DNA of 64,000 bases from an uncultured Candidatus Binatia bacterium (GTDB lineage: Bacteria; Desulfobacterota; Binatia; UBA9968; JAJDTQ01): NCBI GenBank assembly GCA_965215605.1, contig OZ244070.1, positions 2,720,001 through 2,784,000 on the forward strand, written 5' to 3'. The notes beneath the pieces are model-generated. The model saw nothing but the letters and a program-made list of their open reading frames with translations, ran no database searches and was not told the origin of the DNA. The stretch's first letter is position 1. Each line of letters opens with the position of its first letter. Of the stretch, positions 17,407 to 29,508 are shown piece by piece. Position numbers and translations under genes: made by a program.

Positions 17407-17991
17407 ATGAAAAGAAACACGTTTTTCTTGCTGTTTTGTTCCCTCTCCCTCACCATGCTTGTCTCCTGCGCGCCGCCTCCCGTGGAGCCGGAAGAGGAGC
17501 TTTCGTCCACCCCGCCCGTGGGTGAGACGGCGGTTCAAAGCGACGCCGGCGCCATTGCCGAGGGCAATCTCGCGCAGACGACGCAGGAGGGGACGGGTCA
17601 GACGAGCCTGAAGGCTCACCAGGAAGGCACGTTGCCGGAACCCGGCGTCCTGGCGGACGTTTTCTTCGCCTTCGACCGTTCCGAGCTCGACCCGGCCGCT
17701 CGTGACGCCCTGCAAAGCAATTCCGAGTGGATCAAGCAGAACTCCGCGGTCACCGTCGAGATCGAAGGGCACGCGGACAACCGGGGAACCAACGAGTACA
17801 ATCTGGCCTTGGGCGCCAGAAGGGCGCAGGCCGTCAAGGACTATCTCGTCACATTGGGAAACGCGCCGGATCGTCTGACCACCATCAGCTACGGGGAAGA
17901 GCTCCCGGTCTGCGGCGTGGACTCCGAAGAGTGCTGGGGCAAGAACCGTCGTGCGCACTTCGTCGTCCGGGCCCAGAAGCCGTCCTCGTAA
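17407..17991 (+). CDS. pal: Peptidoglycan-associated lipoprotein
   Basis: Lipobox LVSC; IEGHADNRGTNEYNLALGARRA; ISYGEE; NRRAHF. Confidence 0.96.
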   Translation: MKRNTFFLLFCSLSLTMLVSCAPPPVEPEEELSSTPPVGETAVQSDAGAIAEGNLAQTTQEGTGQTSLKAHQEGTLPEPGVLADVFFAFDRSELDPAARDALQSNSEWIKQNSAVTVEIEGHADNRGTNEYNLALGARRAQAVKDYLVTLGNAPDRLTTISYGEELPVCGVDSEECWGKNRRAHFVVRAQKPSS

Positions 17992-18061
17992 GGAGTCCTG
18001 CTTGTTCCGGCTTCCTGGTCAAGCCCGTTCATTGGTTTTTCATATGCGAGAAGAAGGCTCC

Positions 18062-18949
18062 ATGTCGATGCGGGTCGCTGCACCGGCCATGTTGGCCGTG
18101 CTGTTTCTGGCCTCCACGTGGGGATGCCAGGTCGACTATCACGCGGCTCCGGCGCCCTATGATCGAGCGCCCCTGACGGCGGCGGAACGGGAAGAGTTGA
18201 ACCAGTTGAAGGCGGAACTCGAACAGGCCCGGAAACAGTTGGCGGACACTCGCGCGGAGGTGGCCGCCGTGGGCGGGCGGGTGAACTCCGTGGAGGGGGC
18301 GATCCAGGAGATCAGGAGCGCTCCCGGCACCGGTCCCGGGAGCGTCGCGGACCTCGGCGAGCGCCTGGCGGCTCTCGAGACGGAAGTCCAGACGCAGCGA
18401 GAGCTCCTGAAGGTACGCGAGGACGAGCTCCGGCTGTTGCGGGACGCGGTGCTCCCGTCCGGCAAGGCGCCGGGTGTTGCCGCGTCCGCGGATCCGAAGA
18501 CGGATCCCGGGACAGCCAAGCCGGATGCTCCGCCGAAGACCGCCGATCCAGCTCAGGCGGCGGCCACCACCCCGGGGGCCGAACAGGACTACGAGAATGC
18601 CTGGAAGCGCTTGAGGGAAAAGGACTACCGCGGCGCCATTCAGCAGTTCAAGAAGTTCGTCGAGAACCATCCGAAGAACGGCCTGACCGACAACGCCCAA
18701 TATTGGATCGGCGAAAGCTACTATGCGCTCAAGGAGTTCGACCAGGCCATTCTGGAATTCGACGAAGTTCGCAAGAAGTACGCCGACGGCGACAAGGCTC
18801 CCGCGGCCTGGCTCAAGATAGGCTTTGCCTTCGCCGAGTTGGGGAATCGCGTGGACGCCAGGCTCATTCTCCAGGAAGTCATCAACCGGTATCCGCAATC
18901 CGACGCAGCCGAAAAGGCTCGAGAAAAGATCCAGGCCCTGGACACATGA
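18062..18949 (+). CDS. cpoB: Tol-Pal protein CpoB/YbgF
   Basis: Coiled coil plus TPR with NAQYWIGESYY; follows pal. Confidence 0.88.
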   Translation: MSMRVAAPAMLAVLFLASTWGCQVDYHAAPAPYDRAPLTAAEREELNQLKAELEQARKQLADTRAEVAAVGGRVNSVEGAIQEIRSAPGTGPGSVADLGERLAALETEVQTQRELLKVREDELRLLRDAVLPSGKAPGVAASADPKTDPGTAKPDAPPKTADPAQAAATTPGAEQDYENAWKRLREKDYRGAIQQFKKFVENHPKNGLTDNAQYWIGESYYALKEFDQAILEFDEVRKKYADGDKAPAAWLKIGFAFAELGNRVDARLILQEVINRYPQSDAAEKAREKIQALDT

Positions 18950-19066
18950 CCCGGGTGCCGCGGCTCTCCCGCGACTTCGAGGACCGGAATCCGGGCGTGG
19001 CCCCGAAGGTGCCTGCACGAGCGGTCCGCCGAACGCCACAGCCCCCGGATGCGGGGTTGAAACACC

Positions 19067-20038
19067 ATGCAGATTCTGCGGCACGTCAAGCGCAAGATCG
19101 TTCGTCCCGTCGTCACCATCGGGAACTTCGACGGTGTGCACCTGGGGCACCAGGACCTTCTGCGCCGGATTATGGAAGACGCGCGGTCACGGGGCGGATC
19201 CTCGGTGGTGTTGACCTTCGAACCCCATCCGCTCAAGATTCTCGCTCCCAGGTTCGCGCCCCGGCTGATCCTCACGCGCCAGGACAAACTGGCGCTCCTG
19301 CGCGGCGTCGGCATCGACTTCGTGGTGATCCAACGGTTCACGCCGGCCTTCTGCGCATTGTCCGCTCAAGAATTCGTGAAGCACTACCTGGCCGGGCTCG
19401 GGGTGGAAGTCCTGTGGGTCGGAGAGGACTTCCGGTTCGGCAAGGACCGGGCCGGTACGGTGGACGAGCTGATGGAATGGGGGTCCGCGGCGGGGATGGA
19501 GATCAGGGTCATTACACCCGTGGCGGATTCGCAACAGGCCATCAGCAGCAGCCGTATCCGTAGGCTGGTGGAAGAAGGCCGGGTCGACGCGGCGCGGCGG
19601 CATCTGGGCCGCAGCCACTTCATTACCGGCGCCGTGGTCAAGGGAAATCAAAGGGGGCGGGAGCTTGGCTTCCCCACCGCCAATGTGCGCACCCGGACGG
19701 AGGTGGTCCCCGCCAACGGAATCTATGCGACGTTGATACGGGTGGAAGGACGGGTTCTCGACAGCGTCACCAGCATCGGCGTCAATCCCACCTTCGGGCC
19801 GGGCGCCAGAACCATCGAGACGCACATCCTGGACTTCGAGGAGGATCTTTACGGACGCCGGGTGCAGGTGTTCTTTGTGGAACGACTTCGGGAGGAACGG
19901 AACTTTCCGTCCGTGCGGGATCTTGTCCGGCAGATCGAAGCGGATGTCGTCGATGCCCGCCTCGTGCTGGTCGGCGCCGGCGCCGAGAGCCTGACCGGGC
20001 CGTGCTTGACAAAGCCGCCTGTATCACCTAGTATCTAG
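19067..20038 (+). CDS. ribF: Bifunctional riboflavin kinase/FAD synthetase
   Basis: IGNFDGVHLGHQ, ISSSRIR, GRELGFPTAN. Confidence 0.97.
   Translation: MQILRHVKRKIVRPVVTIGNFDGVHLGHQDLLRRIMEDARSRGGSSVVLTFEPHPLKILAPRFAPRLILTRQDKLALLRGVGIDFVVIQRFTPAFCALSAQEFVKHYLAGLGVEVLWVGEDFRFGKDRAGTVDELMEWGSAAGMEIRVITPVADSQQAISSSRIRRLVEEGRVDAARRHLGRSHFITGAVVKGNQRGRELGFPTANVRTRTEVVPANGIYATLIRVEGRVLDSVTSIGVNPTFGPGARTIETHILDFEEDLYGRRVQVFFVERLREERNFPSVRDLVRQIEADVVDARLVLVGAGAESLTGPCLTKPPVSPSI
20006..20034 (+). promoter_or_regulatory. Putative sigma70 promoter for rho
   Basis: TTGACA-N17-TAGTAT. Confidence 0.55.
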
Positions 20039-20199
20039 ACCATCGCCCGCTATGATGTGACCCAATCGTTTCCGACCCGGTCCGCATTAATCAATCATTG
20101 CTACATCCGTTCCGTTTGAATCGATCCGTTTCGCCGGCTTTGCACCCGTTTCTTGTCCGGGCTCACAGGCCGCCGGCAGTGTGACTGAAAGGAAGTCTT

Positions 20200-21561
<1,362 letters not shown>

Positions 21562-21764
21562 CCGGACCCCGCGGGCTCCTGAGTTCCCTTGCGCCGGGCT
21601 GCCGATTTTGTTAATAGCCTTCGTTGCTTTCTTCCATTCCCGGTAGCGCACAGCGGGTAGTGGCCTGTATGGTGCAGGCCACTGTGGACCGGCAGTTCAC
21701 TCCACAGGTTGGCAAGGCAGGACAACAGAATGTTGAGCTACGTGAAATTCGAGGTTCTGGCGTT

Positions 21765-22748
21765 ATGACAGATGTAACAATGAAGCAGCTTCTGGAGGCC
21801 GGGGTGCACTTCGGCCATCAGACCAGTCGCTGGAATCCCAAGATGAAGCCCTACATTTTCGGGGCTCGGAACGGGATTCATATCATCGACCTGCAGCAGA
21901 CCGTAAGGATGGTGAAGGATGTCTGCGCCCAGGTCCGCGACCTGATCGTGTCAGGCGGCCACGTCCTGTTCGTGGGGACCAAGAAGCAGGCGCAGGATTC
22001 GGTTCGGGAAGAGGCGGAACGCTGCGGCATGTCCTACGTTCATCATCGGTGGCTGGGCGGCACGTTGACCAACTTCCAGACCGTCCGGCAGAGCATCGAA
22101 CGCCTCAAGAAGCTGGAGGAAATGGCCAACGACCCCAAGATCATCGAGGCGTTGACCAAGAAGGAGATGCTTTCGCACAGCCGCGAGCAGGCCAAGCTGG
22201 AACGCGCCCTGGGCGGCATCAAGGACATCAAGAAGCTGCCGGACGCGGTCTTCATCATCGACCCCGGCCAGGAGGCCATCGCGGTCCGTGAGGCTCGCAA
22301 GCTGGGCATCAAGGTCATCGCGATCGTCGACAGCGACTGCGATCCGGATCTGGTGGACTACAAGATCCCGGGCAACGACGATGCGATTCGCGCCATTCGT
22401 CTCTTTTGCAGCTTGATGGCCGAGGCCGTCAATGAAGGCAAGGCGTTCTGCGACCAGGCGAAGATGGAAGCTGAAGCCGCGCAAGCCGAAGCCGCGCAAG
22501 CCGAAGCCGCTTCGGAAGGGGAGCAGGCGGTGGAGGAACCGGCGGCAGCCGAGGCGGTAGCAGCGCCCGAAACGGCCCAGCCGGAAGCAGCGGAACCGCC
22601 GGCACCAGCGGCCGAGCAGGGGGCTTCCGCGGAACCGGCGGCAGCAACCACGCCGGCAGCAACTGCCGAGGGGGCGCCGGCGGAGCCCGCCAAGGAGAAT
22701 GCGGAGCCCGACAAGTCCACGGATGCGCCGAATGCGGCGGGGAGTTGA
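21765..22748 (+). CDS. rpsB: 30S ribosomal protein S2 with Ala/Glu/Pro-rich tail
   Basis: [36 protein letters not shown]. Confidence 0.98.
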   Translation: MTDVTMKQLLEAGVHFGHQTSRWNPKMKPYIFGARNGIHIIDLQQTVRMVKDVCAQVRDLIVSGGHVLFVGTKKQAQDSVREEAERCGMSYVHHRWLGGTLTNFQTVRQSIERLKKLEEMANDPKIIEALTKKEMLSHSREQAKLERALGGIKDIKKLPDAVFIIDPGQEAIAVREARKLGIKVIAIVDSDCDPDLVDYKIPGNDDAIRAIRLFCSLMAEAVNEGKAFCDQAKMEAEAAQAEAAQAEAASEGEQAVEEPAAAEAVAAPETAQPEAAEPPAPAAEQGASAEPAAATTPAATAEGAPAEPAKENAEPDKSTDAPNAAGS

Positions 22749-22753
22749 TGTAC

Positions 22754-23359
22754 ATGGCCATCGATGCAAGCCTGGTCAAACAACTGCGGGAGAAAACGGG
22801 CGCCGGATTCATGGATTGCAAGAAGGCCCTGATCGAGTGCGAGGGTGACTTCGAGAAATCCGTGGACCACCTGAGAGCGAAGGGATTGGCGCTGGCCGCG
22901 CGCAAGTCGGAGCGTGAGGCGAGCGAAGGTCTTGTGGGCGCGTATATCCACGGCGGAAACAAGATCGGGGTGCTCCTGGAAGTGAATTGCGAGACGGACT
23001 TCGTGGCCCGGACCGAGGAGTTCCAGGCCCTGGTCAAGGATCTTTCCATGCAGATCGCGGCGGCCAGCCCGCGCTACGTGCGGCGCGAGGAGGTCGGCGC
23101 GGATGAGCTGGAGCGGGAGAAGGCCATCTACCGGCAACAGGCCGAGGAGTTGAACAAGCCGGAGCCCGTGCTGGCCAAGATCGTGGACGGAAAGATAGGG
23201 CGTTTCTACGAGGAAGCGTGTCTCATGGAGCAGGCCTTCATCAAGGAGCCGACCCGCCGAGTCAACGACCTGATCCAGGACGCCATTGCGCGTCTGGGCG
23301 AAAACATCCGGGTCAGGCGTTTCGTACGCTACTCCGTGGGCGAGGGAATGAACGAATAG
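22754..23359 (+). CDS. tsf: Elongation factor Ts (short form)
   Basis: VKQLREKTGAGFMDCKKAL, EVNCETDFVA. Confidence 0.97.
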   Translation: MAIDASLVKQLREKTGAGFMDCKKALIECEGDFEKSVDHLRAKGLALAARKSEREASEGLVGAYIHGGNKIGVLLEVNCETDFVARTEEFQALVKDLSMQIAAASPRYVRREEVGADELEREKAIYRQQAEELNKPEPVLAKIVDGKIGRFYEEACLMEQAFIKEPTRRVNDLIQDAIARLGENIRVRRFVRYSVGEGMNE

Positions 23360-23377
23360 CGTCAGGGGTCCCACCGA

Positions 23378-24124
23378 ATGACCGGCGTGGAGTTGAGATA
23401 CAAACGGGTCATTCTGAAGATCACAGGAGAGGTGCTCGCGGGCGAGCGCCAGTACGGCATCGATCCGGCCACCGTCGCGCGGTTCGTGGAAGAGATCCGG
23501 GAGGTTCACGAGCTCGGCTGTGAAATTGCCTTGGTGATCGGCGGCGGCAACATCCTGCGGGGCGCCGAGGCCAGTGACCACGGCATCGACCGGGCCAGCG
23601 CCGACTACATGGGCATGCTGGCGACGGTCATCAACAGCATCGCGCTCCAGGACGCGTTGGAAAAGATCGGTGTTTCAACGCGTGTCATGTCGGCCATCGA
23701 GATGCGACAGGTGGCCGAGTTGTACATTCGCCGGCGGGCGGTGAGGCACCTGGAGAAGGGCCGGGTGGTGATCTTCGCGGGCGGAACCGGCAACCCCTAC
23801 TTCACCACCGACACCACCGCGAGCCTGCGGGCCATGGAAGTGGGCGCGGAAGTGATCCTGAAGGCCACCAAGGTCCGCGGCGTCTACGACACCGATCCCA
23901 TGAAGAACGACGGCGCGAAGCTTTTCCGTGAGCTCACCCACATGGAGGTGCTCAGCAAGGAGCTCAAAGTGATGGACGCCACCGCCATCTCTCTTTGCAT
24001 GGACAACAAGCTTCCCATCATCGTCTTCAACGTCATGGAGCGCGGCAACATCCGCAAGGTGGTAGGCGGCCAACCCATCGGGACCCTGGTAGGGGTCGGT
24101 GACCGCGACGCGGCGCGCCAATAG
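23378..24124 (+). CDS. pyrH: Uridylate kinase
   Basis: [25 protein letters not shown]. Confidence 0.97.
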   Translation: MTGVELRYKRVILKITGEVLAGERQYGIDPATVARFVEEIREVHELGCEIALVIGGGNILRGAEASDHGIDRASADYMGMLATVINSIALQDALEKIGVSTRVMSAIEMRQVAELYIRRRAVRHLEKGRVVIFAGGTGNPYFTTDTTASLRAMEVGAEVILKATKVRGVYDTDPMKNDGAKLFRELTHMEVLSKELKVMDATAISLCMDNKLPIIVFNVMERGNIRKVVGGQPIGTLVGVGDRDAARQ

Positions 24125-24131
24125 GTGAGAC

Positions 24132-24689
24132 ATGGACGAGGTCTTCTACAGCATCTTCCAGGAAGAGGTGGAGAAAACCATGGCGGCCATGCGCCGGGAG
24201 CTTGCACGGGTGCGGACGGGACGGGCGTCGGCGTCGCTGTTCGATGGGGTGGTGGTGGAATACTACGGCACCGCCACCCCGCTGAACCAGATCGCCACCA
24301 TCGCGGTCCCCGAGCCGCGCCTCGTCACGATCCAGGCGTACGATTCGAGCGCCATCGGGGGCATCGAGAAGGCCATCCTCAAGGCCGGCCTCGGCCTGAC
24401 ACCCGCCAATGACGGCAAGTTGATCCGGGTGCCGATACCGGAGCTCAGCGGCGAGCGGCGCAACGAGCTGGTGAAGCAGACCCGCAAGACCGCCGAAGAG
24501 TATCGCGTCTCGGTGCGGAACCACCGCCGCGCCGCCATCGACGATCTGAAGCAGATGCAGAAGGACAAGGAGATCACCGAGGACGAGGTGAAGCACGCCC
24601 AGGACCGCATCCAGAAAATGACCGCCGATTACGTCACCAGGGTGGACGGTTTCCTCAAGGCCAAGGAAGAGGAAATCATGGAGGTCTAG
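24132..24689 (+). CDS. frr: Ribosome recycling factor
   Basis: RTGRAS, YYGTATPLNQ, ERRNELVK, VSVRNHRR. Confidence 0.97.
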   Translation: MDEVFYSIFQEEVEKTMAAMRRELARVRTGRASASLFDGVVVEYYGTATPLNQIATIAVPEPRLVTIQAYDSSAIGGIEKAILKAGLGLTPANDGKLIRVPIPELSGERRNELVKQTRKTAEEYRVSVRNHRRAAIDDLKQMQKDKEITEDEVKHAQDRIQKMTADYVTRVDGFLKAKEEEIMEV

Positions 24690-24779
24690 TGTTGCGTTCC
24701 GCGAATACGTTGACGAAGATGCGCAGGAATTTCAGTCGTCGGCAAGGCGCGATGACGAGCAGTGGCGTGTACCACGCGA
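24686..24779 (+). repeat. MITE-like dispersed repeat, copy C
   Basis: CTAGTGTTGCGTTCCGCGAATACGTTGACGAAGATGCGCAGG...GGCAAGGCGCGATGACGAGCAGTGGCG; starts at the frr TAG. Confidence 0.8.
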
Positions 24780-24853
24780 GGAAGACCCCGGGTCCAGCCA
24801 TCATGCGAATGAACCGGACAGGACATTAGCGTCCGCCCTCCGATCTTTCAGGA

Positions 24854-25597
24854 ATGGATCTCTACGGGCTGGAAAAGAGCCGACTGCCCACCCATGTCGC
24901 GATCATCATGGACGGCAATGGCCGCTGGGCCAGGCTGCGGGGGAGGAGCCGCATCGAAGGTCACCGTGAGGGGACGGAGTCGGTCAGGGCCACGGTGGAG
25001 GTGAGCCGCAACCTCGGTATTCGCTACCTGTCACTGTACGCATTCTCCTACGAAAACTGGAATCGGCCCCACGACGAGGTCGAGGGGCTGATGGGACTCC
25101 TGGAGGACTACCTGGAGTGCGAGCAGGAGCGCATGATGCGTGAGGGGATCCGCCTCATGGCCATCGGCGACCGGGCGCGTCTGCCGCTCTCGGTGCGCCG
25201 GGTGTTGGACCACAACATTCGCCTTACACGCAAGAACACCGCCATTACCGTCATTCTGGCCCTCAGCTACAGCGGCCGCCGCGACATCGTCAAGACCGTG
25301 CGGGACATTGCCCGGAAAGTGAAGGCCGGGCGCTGCAAGCTCGCTGAGATCGACGAGTCGATGATCGCCGCCAACACGGAGACCGGGCCTATCCCGGACC
25401 CGGACCTGTTGATCCGCACCAGCGGAGAGATGCGCATCAGCAACTTCTTCCTGTGGCAGATACCCTACACCGAACTGTACATCACGCCCACCCTCTGGCC
25501 CGACTTTTCGGAGCAACAGTACGTTCAGGCGCTGCAGGAATTCCAACGGCGGAAGCGCCGTTTCGGCAAAACCGACGAGCAGCTCCTTCAAGGCTAG
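24854..25597 (+). CDS. uppS: Undecaprenyl diphosphate synthase
   Basis: HVAIIMDGNGRWA, FSYENWNRP, LIRTSGEMRISNF. Confidence 0.97.
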   Translation: MDLYGLEKSRLPTHVAIIMDGNGRWARLRGRSRIEGHREGTESVRATVEVSRNLGIRYLSLYAFSYENWNRPHDEVEGLMGLLEDYLECEQERMMREGIRLMAIGDRARLPLSVRRVLDHNIRLTRKNTAITVILALSYSGRRDIVKTVRDIARKVKAGRCKLAEIDESMIAANTETGPIPDPDLLIRTSGEMRISNFFLWQIPYTELYITPTLWPDFSEQQYVQALQEFQRRKRRFGKTDEQLLQG

Positions 25598-25616
25598 TGC
25601 ACATGGGGTTACGCAG

Positions 25617-26390
25617 ATGCGCAACCGGGTGCTGACCGCACTGGTCGGGATTCCCGTCGTCGTGGGGATCATCGTGCTCGACAGCGTCTGGCTGTTCACG
25701 TCGTTCATCGAGATCCTCACCCTCATCGCCCTGTGCGAGTACTTCCGCATGGCCTTTCCGGACCATGGATGGGTGCGCCTGAGCGGGATCGCGGCCGGCC
25801 TGCTGATGTCGCTGACGTTGATGGTTCCCGGGCTGTCGGGCTTCCTGCCGGTGGTGGTGGCCGGCTTGTGCGCGGTTTTCGTCTTCACCGGCGGTGCGGT
25901 GGAGGAGCGTTACCGGCACCTGGGCCTTGCGTTGGCCGGGGCCCTGTACCTGGGATATCTGTTCCCCCATTTCGCGATCCTTTACCGTAGCGGCTACCCA
26001 TGGGTGCTGTGGGTGCTGATCGTGGTTTTCGTCGCCGACAGCGCCGGCTACTTTGCCGGTGTGGCCCTGGGCCGAAGAAAGTTGTATCCTTCGGTCAGCC
26101 CGGGGAAAACCGTTGAAGGATCGGTGGCCGCCACCGTGGCGGGAGTCGCCGCCGGATGGCTTTCGGGCTGGTGGCTTCTGGACTTGCCGTCCGCTCCGCT
26201 GCTGGGGTTTTCCCTGGCTGTCGTCCTCGTCGCCCAGGTCGGCGACCTGTTCGAATCGGTGATCAAGCGGGGCTTCGCGGTCAAGGATTCGGGCGGTATC
26301 CTGCCCGGCCACGGCGGCCTCATGGATCGGCTCGACAGCCTGATCTTTCCGGGAGTCCTGAGCGCCTACTGCCTGCGGTTCTTGTCATGA
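25617..26390 (+). CDS. cdsA: Phosphatidate cytidylyltransferase
   Basis: SPGKTVEG, GDLFESVIKR...KDSG.ILPGHGGLMDRLDS. Confidence 0.95.
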   Translation: MRNRVLTALVGIPVVVGIIVLDSVWLFTSFIEILTLIALCEYFRMAFPDHGWVRLSGIAAGLLMSLTLMVPGLSGFLPVVVAGLCAVFVFTGGAVEERYRHLGLALAGALYLGYLFPHFAILYRSGYPWVLWVLIVVFVADSAGYFAGVALGRRKLYPSVSPGKTVEGSVAATVAGVAAGWLSGWWLLDLPSAPLLGFSLAVVLVAQVGDLFESVIKRGFAVKDSGGILPGHGGLMDRLDSLIFPGVLSAYCLRFLS

Positions 26391-27553
26391 AATCCATCGT
26401 CATACTGGGCTCCACCGGCACCATCGGCGTCAACGCACTGGACGTCATCCGGACCTTCAAGCGCCGCTTCAAGGTCAGCGGTCTGGTGGCCGGGCGCAAC
26501 CTGGAGTTGCTGGCCCGCCAGATCGCCGAGTTCACCCCGCGTATCGTCAGCGTGAGGGACCGGGACGATGTCGACGCCCTGCGGAAGCTCATCGGCCGGC
26601 GCCGGGTCGATCTGGTGTTCGGCGAGGAGGGAGCGGTGGCCGCGGCCACCGAGCCCACGGCGGACTTCGTGCTGGCCGCCATCGTGGGCGGGGCTGGGCT
26701 GGTGCCGACCTTCGCCGCGGTGCAGGCAGGCAAGGACGTGGGACTGGCCAACAAGGAAGCCTTGGTCATGTCGGGCGAGCTCTTCGTCCGCGAGGCTCGG
26801 AAACGGGGGGTGCGGCTCCTGCCGGTGGACAGCGAGCACAGCGCGGTGTTTCAGTGTCTCGAGGGCAACCGCCGCGAGGACGTGGACAAGATCGTTCTGA
26901 CCGCATCGGGCGGACCGTTCCTGCGCACGCCGCTGCGGGAGTTGCGCCGTGTGACCATCCAGCAGGCGCTGCGGCACCCCACCTGGAAGATGGGACCCAA
27001 GATCACCATCGATTCCGCCACCATGATGAACAAGGGGCTGGAGGTGATCGAGGCCCGCTGGCTGTTCGGTGTGCCCGCGGAGCGGGTGGAGGTGACCATC
27101 CATCCCCAAAGCATCGTCCACTCCATGGTGCGCTACCGCGACGGCGCGGTCATGGCCCAGCTCGGGATTCCCGACATGCGCATTCCCATCGCCTACGCGC
27201 TCTCATACCCTGAACGGCTCGATGTCGGGCTGGCGCCGTTGAACCTGCAGAAGGAGGCGGAGCTCACCTTCGCGAAGGTGGAGAGCCGGCGCTATCCGGC
27301 GCTGGACATCGCCTACGGAGCTCTGGCCCGGGGCGGTACGGCGCCGCCTGTTCTCAACGCCGCCAACGAGGTGGCGGTGGCCGCTTTCCTGGACGGACGC
27401 ATCGGTTTCCGCCAGATCCACGAGATCAGCCGGAAGACCATCGAGTCCCACGAGTCCGTCAAGCCGAGGAACCTGCAACAGGTCCTCGACGCCGATCGGT
27501 GGGCCCGAGGGTTCGCCCGGGACCTCGCGCAAGGCAACGGTTCGGCGCGGTGA
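26387..27553 (+). CDS. dxr: 1-deoxy-D-xylulose 5-phosphate reductoisomerase
   Basis: ILGSTGTIG, LANKE, PVDSEH, TASGGPF, WKMGPKITIDSATMMNKGLE. Confidence 0.97.
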   Translation: MKSIVILGSTGTIGVNALDVIRTFKRRFKVSGLVAGRNLELLARQIAEFTPRIVSVRDRDDVDALRKLIGRRRVDLVFGEEGAVAAATEPTADFVLAAIVGGAGLVPTFAAVQAGKDVGLANKEALVMSGELFVREARKRGVRLLPVDSEHSAVFQCLEGNRREDVDKIVLTASGGPFLRTPLRELRRVTIQQALRHPTWKMGPKITIDSATMMNKGLEVIEARWLFGVPAERVEVTIHPQSIVHSMVRYRDGAVMAQLGIPDMRIPIAYALSYPERLDVGLAPLNLQKEAELTFAKVESRRYPALDIAYGALARGGTAPPVLNAANEVAVAAFLDGRIGFRQIHEISRKTIESHESVKPRNLQQVLDADRWARGFARDLAQGNGSAR

Positions 27554-28626
27554 TCGACGTCGCCTACATGATCGTCGCCGCCATCGTGGCGTTCGGCGTG
27601 CTGGTGTTTCTCCACGAGTTGGGTCACTTCCTCGTGGCCAAGAAAGCCGGCGTGGGCGTGTTGACCTTCTCCATCGGTTTCGGTCCGAAGGTGTTGATCC
27701 GCCGCTACGGCGAAACGGAATATTGCGTGAGCGCCTTTCCCCTCGGAGGATACGTCAAGATGGTGGGCGAGGACCCGCAGGAGGACGTCGGCGCCGGGGA
27801 CCTTGACCGTTCCTTCGCGCACCGGAGTCTGGCCAGCCGCACCGCCATCGTGGTGGCGGGGCCGGGGGCCAACTTCCTGCTGGCCATGGCGGTGTTTCTT
27901 TTCGTCTTCATGGTATTCGGCGTGCCCTACCGCACCGCCGAGGTCGGCGGCGTCAAGGCCGGTTCCCCCGCGGCCGGGGCGGGGCTGGAGGCCGGGGACC
28001 GCGTGGTCATGGTGCGCGACCGGCCCGTTCGTTCATGGGACCAGTTGTCCGCCGCAGTGAGGGCGAGCCAGGGCCGTCCCTTGCATCTGGGCGTCGCCCG
28101 AGGCGAACGGGAGTTCTCGGTGACGCTGAGCCCCGAGCGGGGTGAGAGGCAAACGCTTCTGGGCGAGATCGAGGAAACCTGGCTGATCGGCGTCCAGAGC
28201 GCCGGCACGGTGGAGGTGGAGCGGAAAAATCCACTGGCCGCGGCGCGGCTTGCGGTCTCCCGCACCGTGGAGATCACACTGTTGACGTTGGAAGTGCTGG
28301 TGAAAATGGTGGTGGGGCGCGTCGACTCGTCGAATCTCGGCGGCCCGGTGATGATCGTCCAGATGGCCGGAGAGCAGGCCCAGAGGGGCGTCGCCAGCTA
28401 CCTGTTCCTGTTGGCGCTGCTGAGCATCAACCTCGGCGTGCTCAACCTGCTGCCCATCCCCATGCTGGACGGCGGACACCTGCTGTTCTTCCTCATCGAG
28501 GCGGTGCGCGGGAAACCCCTGGAAGCGCACCAACGGGAACGAGCCCAGCAGATGGGTCTGGTGCTGCTGCTCTTCGTGATGGGCTACGCGTTCTACAACG
28601 ATCTGGCTCGGATCTTCAGCGGCTGA
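27550..28626 (+). CDS. rseP: RIP metalloprotease RseP
   Basis: HELGH, PDZ domain, NLLPIPMLDGG. Confidence 0.95.
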   Translation: MIDVAYMIVAAIVAFGVLVFLHELGHFLVAKKAGVGVLTFSIGFGPKVLIRRYGETEYCVSAFPLGGYVKMVGEDPQEDVGAGDLDRSFAHRSLASRTAIVVAGPGANFLLAMAVFLFVFMVFGVPYRTAEVGGVKAGSPAAGAGLEAGDRVVMVRDRPVRSWDQLSAAVRASQGRPLHLGVARGEREFSVTLSPERGERQTLLGEIEETWLIGVQSAGTVEVERKNPLAAARLAVSRTVEITLLTLEVLVKMVVGRVDSSNLGGPVMIVQMAGEQAQRGVASYLFLLALLSINLGVLNLLPIPMLDGGHLLFFLIEAVRGKPLEAHQRERAQQMGLVLLLFVMGYAFYNDLARIFSG

Positions 28627-28648
28627 CGCAACGCGGCGGACACGAACC

Positions 28649-29389
28649 ATGAGGGTGCTTGGAATCGATACATCGACCGTTCTGCTGAGCGTCGCGGTCC
28701 TGGACAATGGCCGGATCGCCGCCGAGTGCGAGCGGGAGTCGGCGCAGACCGGGGACCGGCGGCCGGGCCGTTCGAACCACGCCGAGGGGCTTATTCCGCT
28801 CATCGAGGAAGTGCTCGCGCGGGCGGCGATGGACCTGTCGAGTCTTTCGCTGCTGGGGGTGGCCGTGGGGCCCGGCTCCTTCACCGGACTGCGGATCGGC
28901 ATCAGCACGGCCAAGGGCCTCGTATACGGCTCGGACACCCCGATGATGGGGGTGCGGACCCTCGAGGCCATGGCGTACCGGGTGCCTCCGGGCGACGCCG
29001 CCAACTTCGTCTGCCCCTTGATGGACGCGCGCAAGGGCGAGGTCTACGGGGCGTTGTACCGCCGTACCACGGCGACCCTCGAGTGCCTCATCGAAGACTC
29101 GGTGGCGGCGCCCGAGTCCATGGTCCGGCGGGCCGATGCCATGGCCTCGGGCTCGTGCGTCTTCGTGGGGTCCGGCGCCCGGGCATACGCCGAGCTGATC
29201 GCCCGGTGCACCGGCGGCCGCGCCCGGATCACCGGCGGCGCCGGGTTCCCCACCACCGCCTCGGCCGTCGCCAGGATCGCCGAAGCGAGGTTCCGGGCCG
29301 CGCCGGAAGCCGCCGCCGCGCCGTTGACGCCGCACTACATCCGGCCCCCGGACGCCGTGGTCGGAGCCGGCCGGGACGCCTCCCGGTAG
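28649..29389 (+). CDS. tsaB: tRNA threonylcarbamoyladenosine biosynthesis protein TsaB
   Basis: LGIDTS, GPGSFTGLRIG, DARKGEVY. Confidence 0.95.
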   Translation: MRVLGIDTSTVLLSVAVLDNGRIAAECERESAQTGDRRPGRSNHAEGLIPLIEEVLARAAMDLSSLSLLGVAVGPGSFTGLRIGISTAKGLVYGSDTPMMGVRTLEAMAYRVPPGDAANFVCPLMDARKGEVYGALYRRTTATLECLIEDSVAAPESMVRRADAMASGSCVFVGSGARAYAELIARCTGGRARITGGAGFPTTASAVARIAEARFRAAPEAAAAPLTPHYIRPPDAVVGAGRDASR

Positions 29390-29441
29390 ACGCAGGGCTA
29401 TTCAAACGCCCCGTTTCCCCTTCGTCATTCCCGCCGGCGCA

Positions 29442-29470
29442 TTGACAACAAAGCGGCCGTTGGATACATT
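29442..29470 (+). promoter_or_regulatory. Putative sigma70 promoter for the DUF465-ilv operon
   Basis: TTGACA-N17-TACATT. Confidence 0.55.
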
Positions 29471-29508
29471 TGACGGCTTGCCCCAATCATCGATCAGGAG
29501 GTCGTCCA

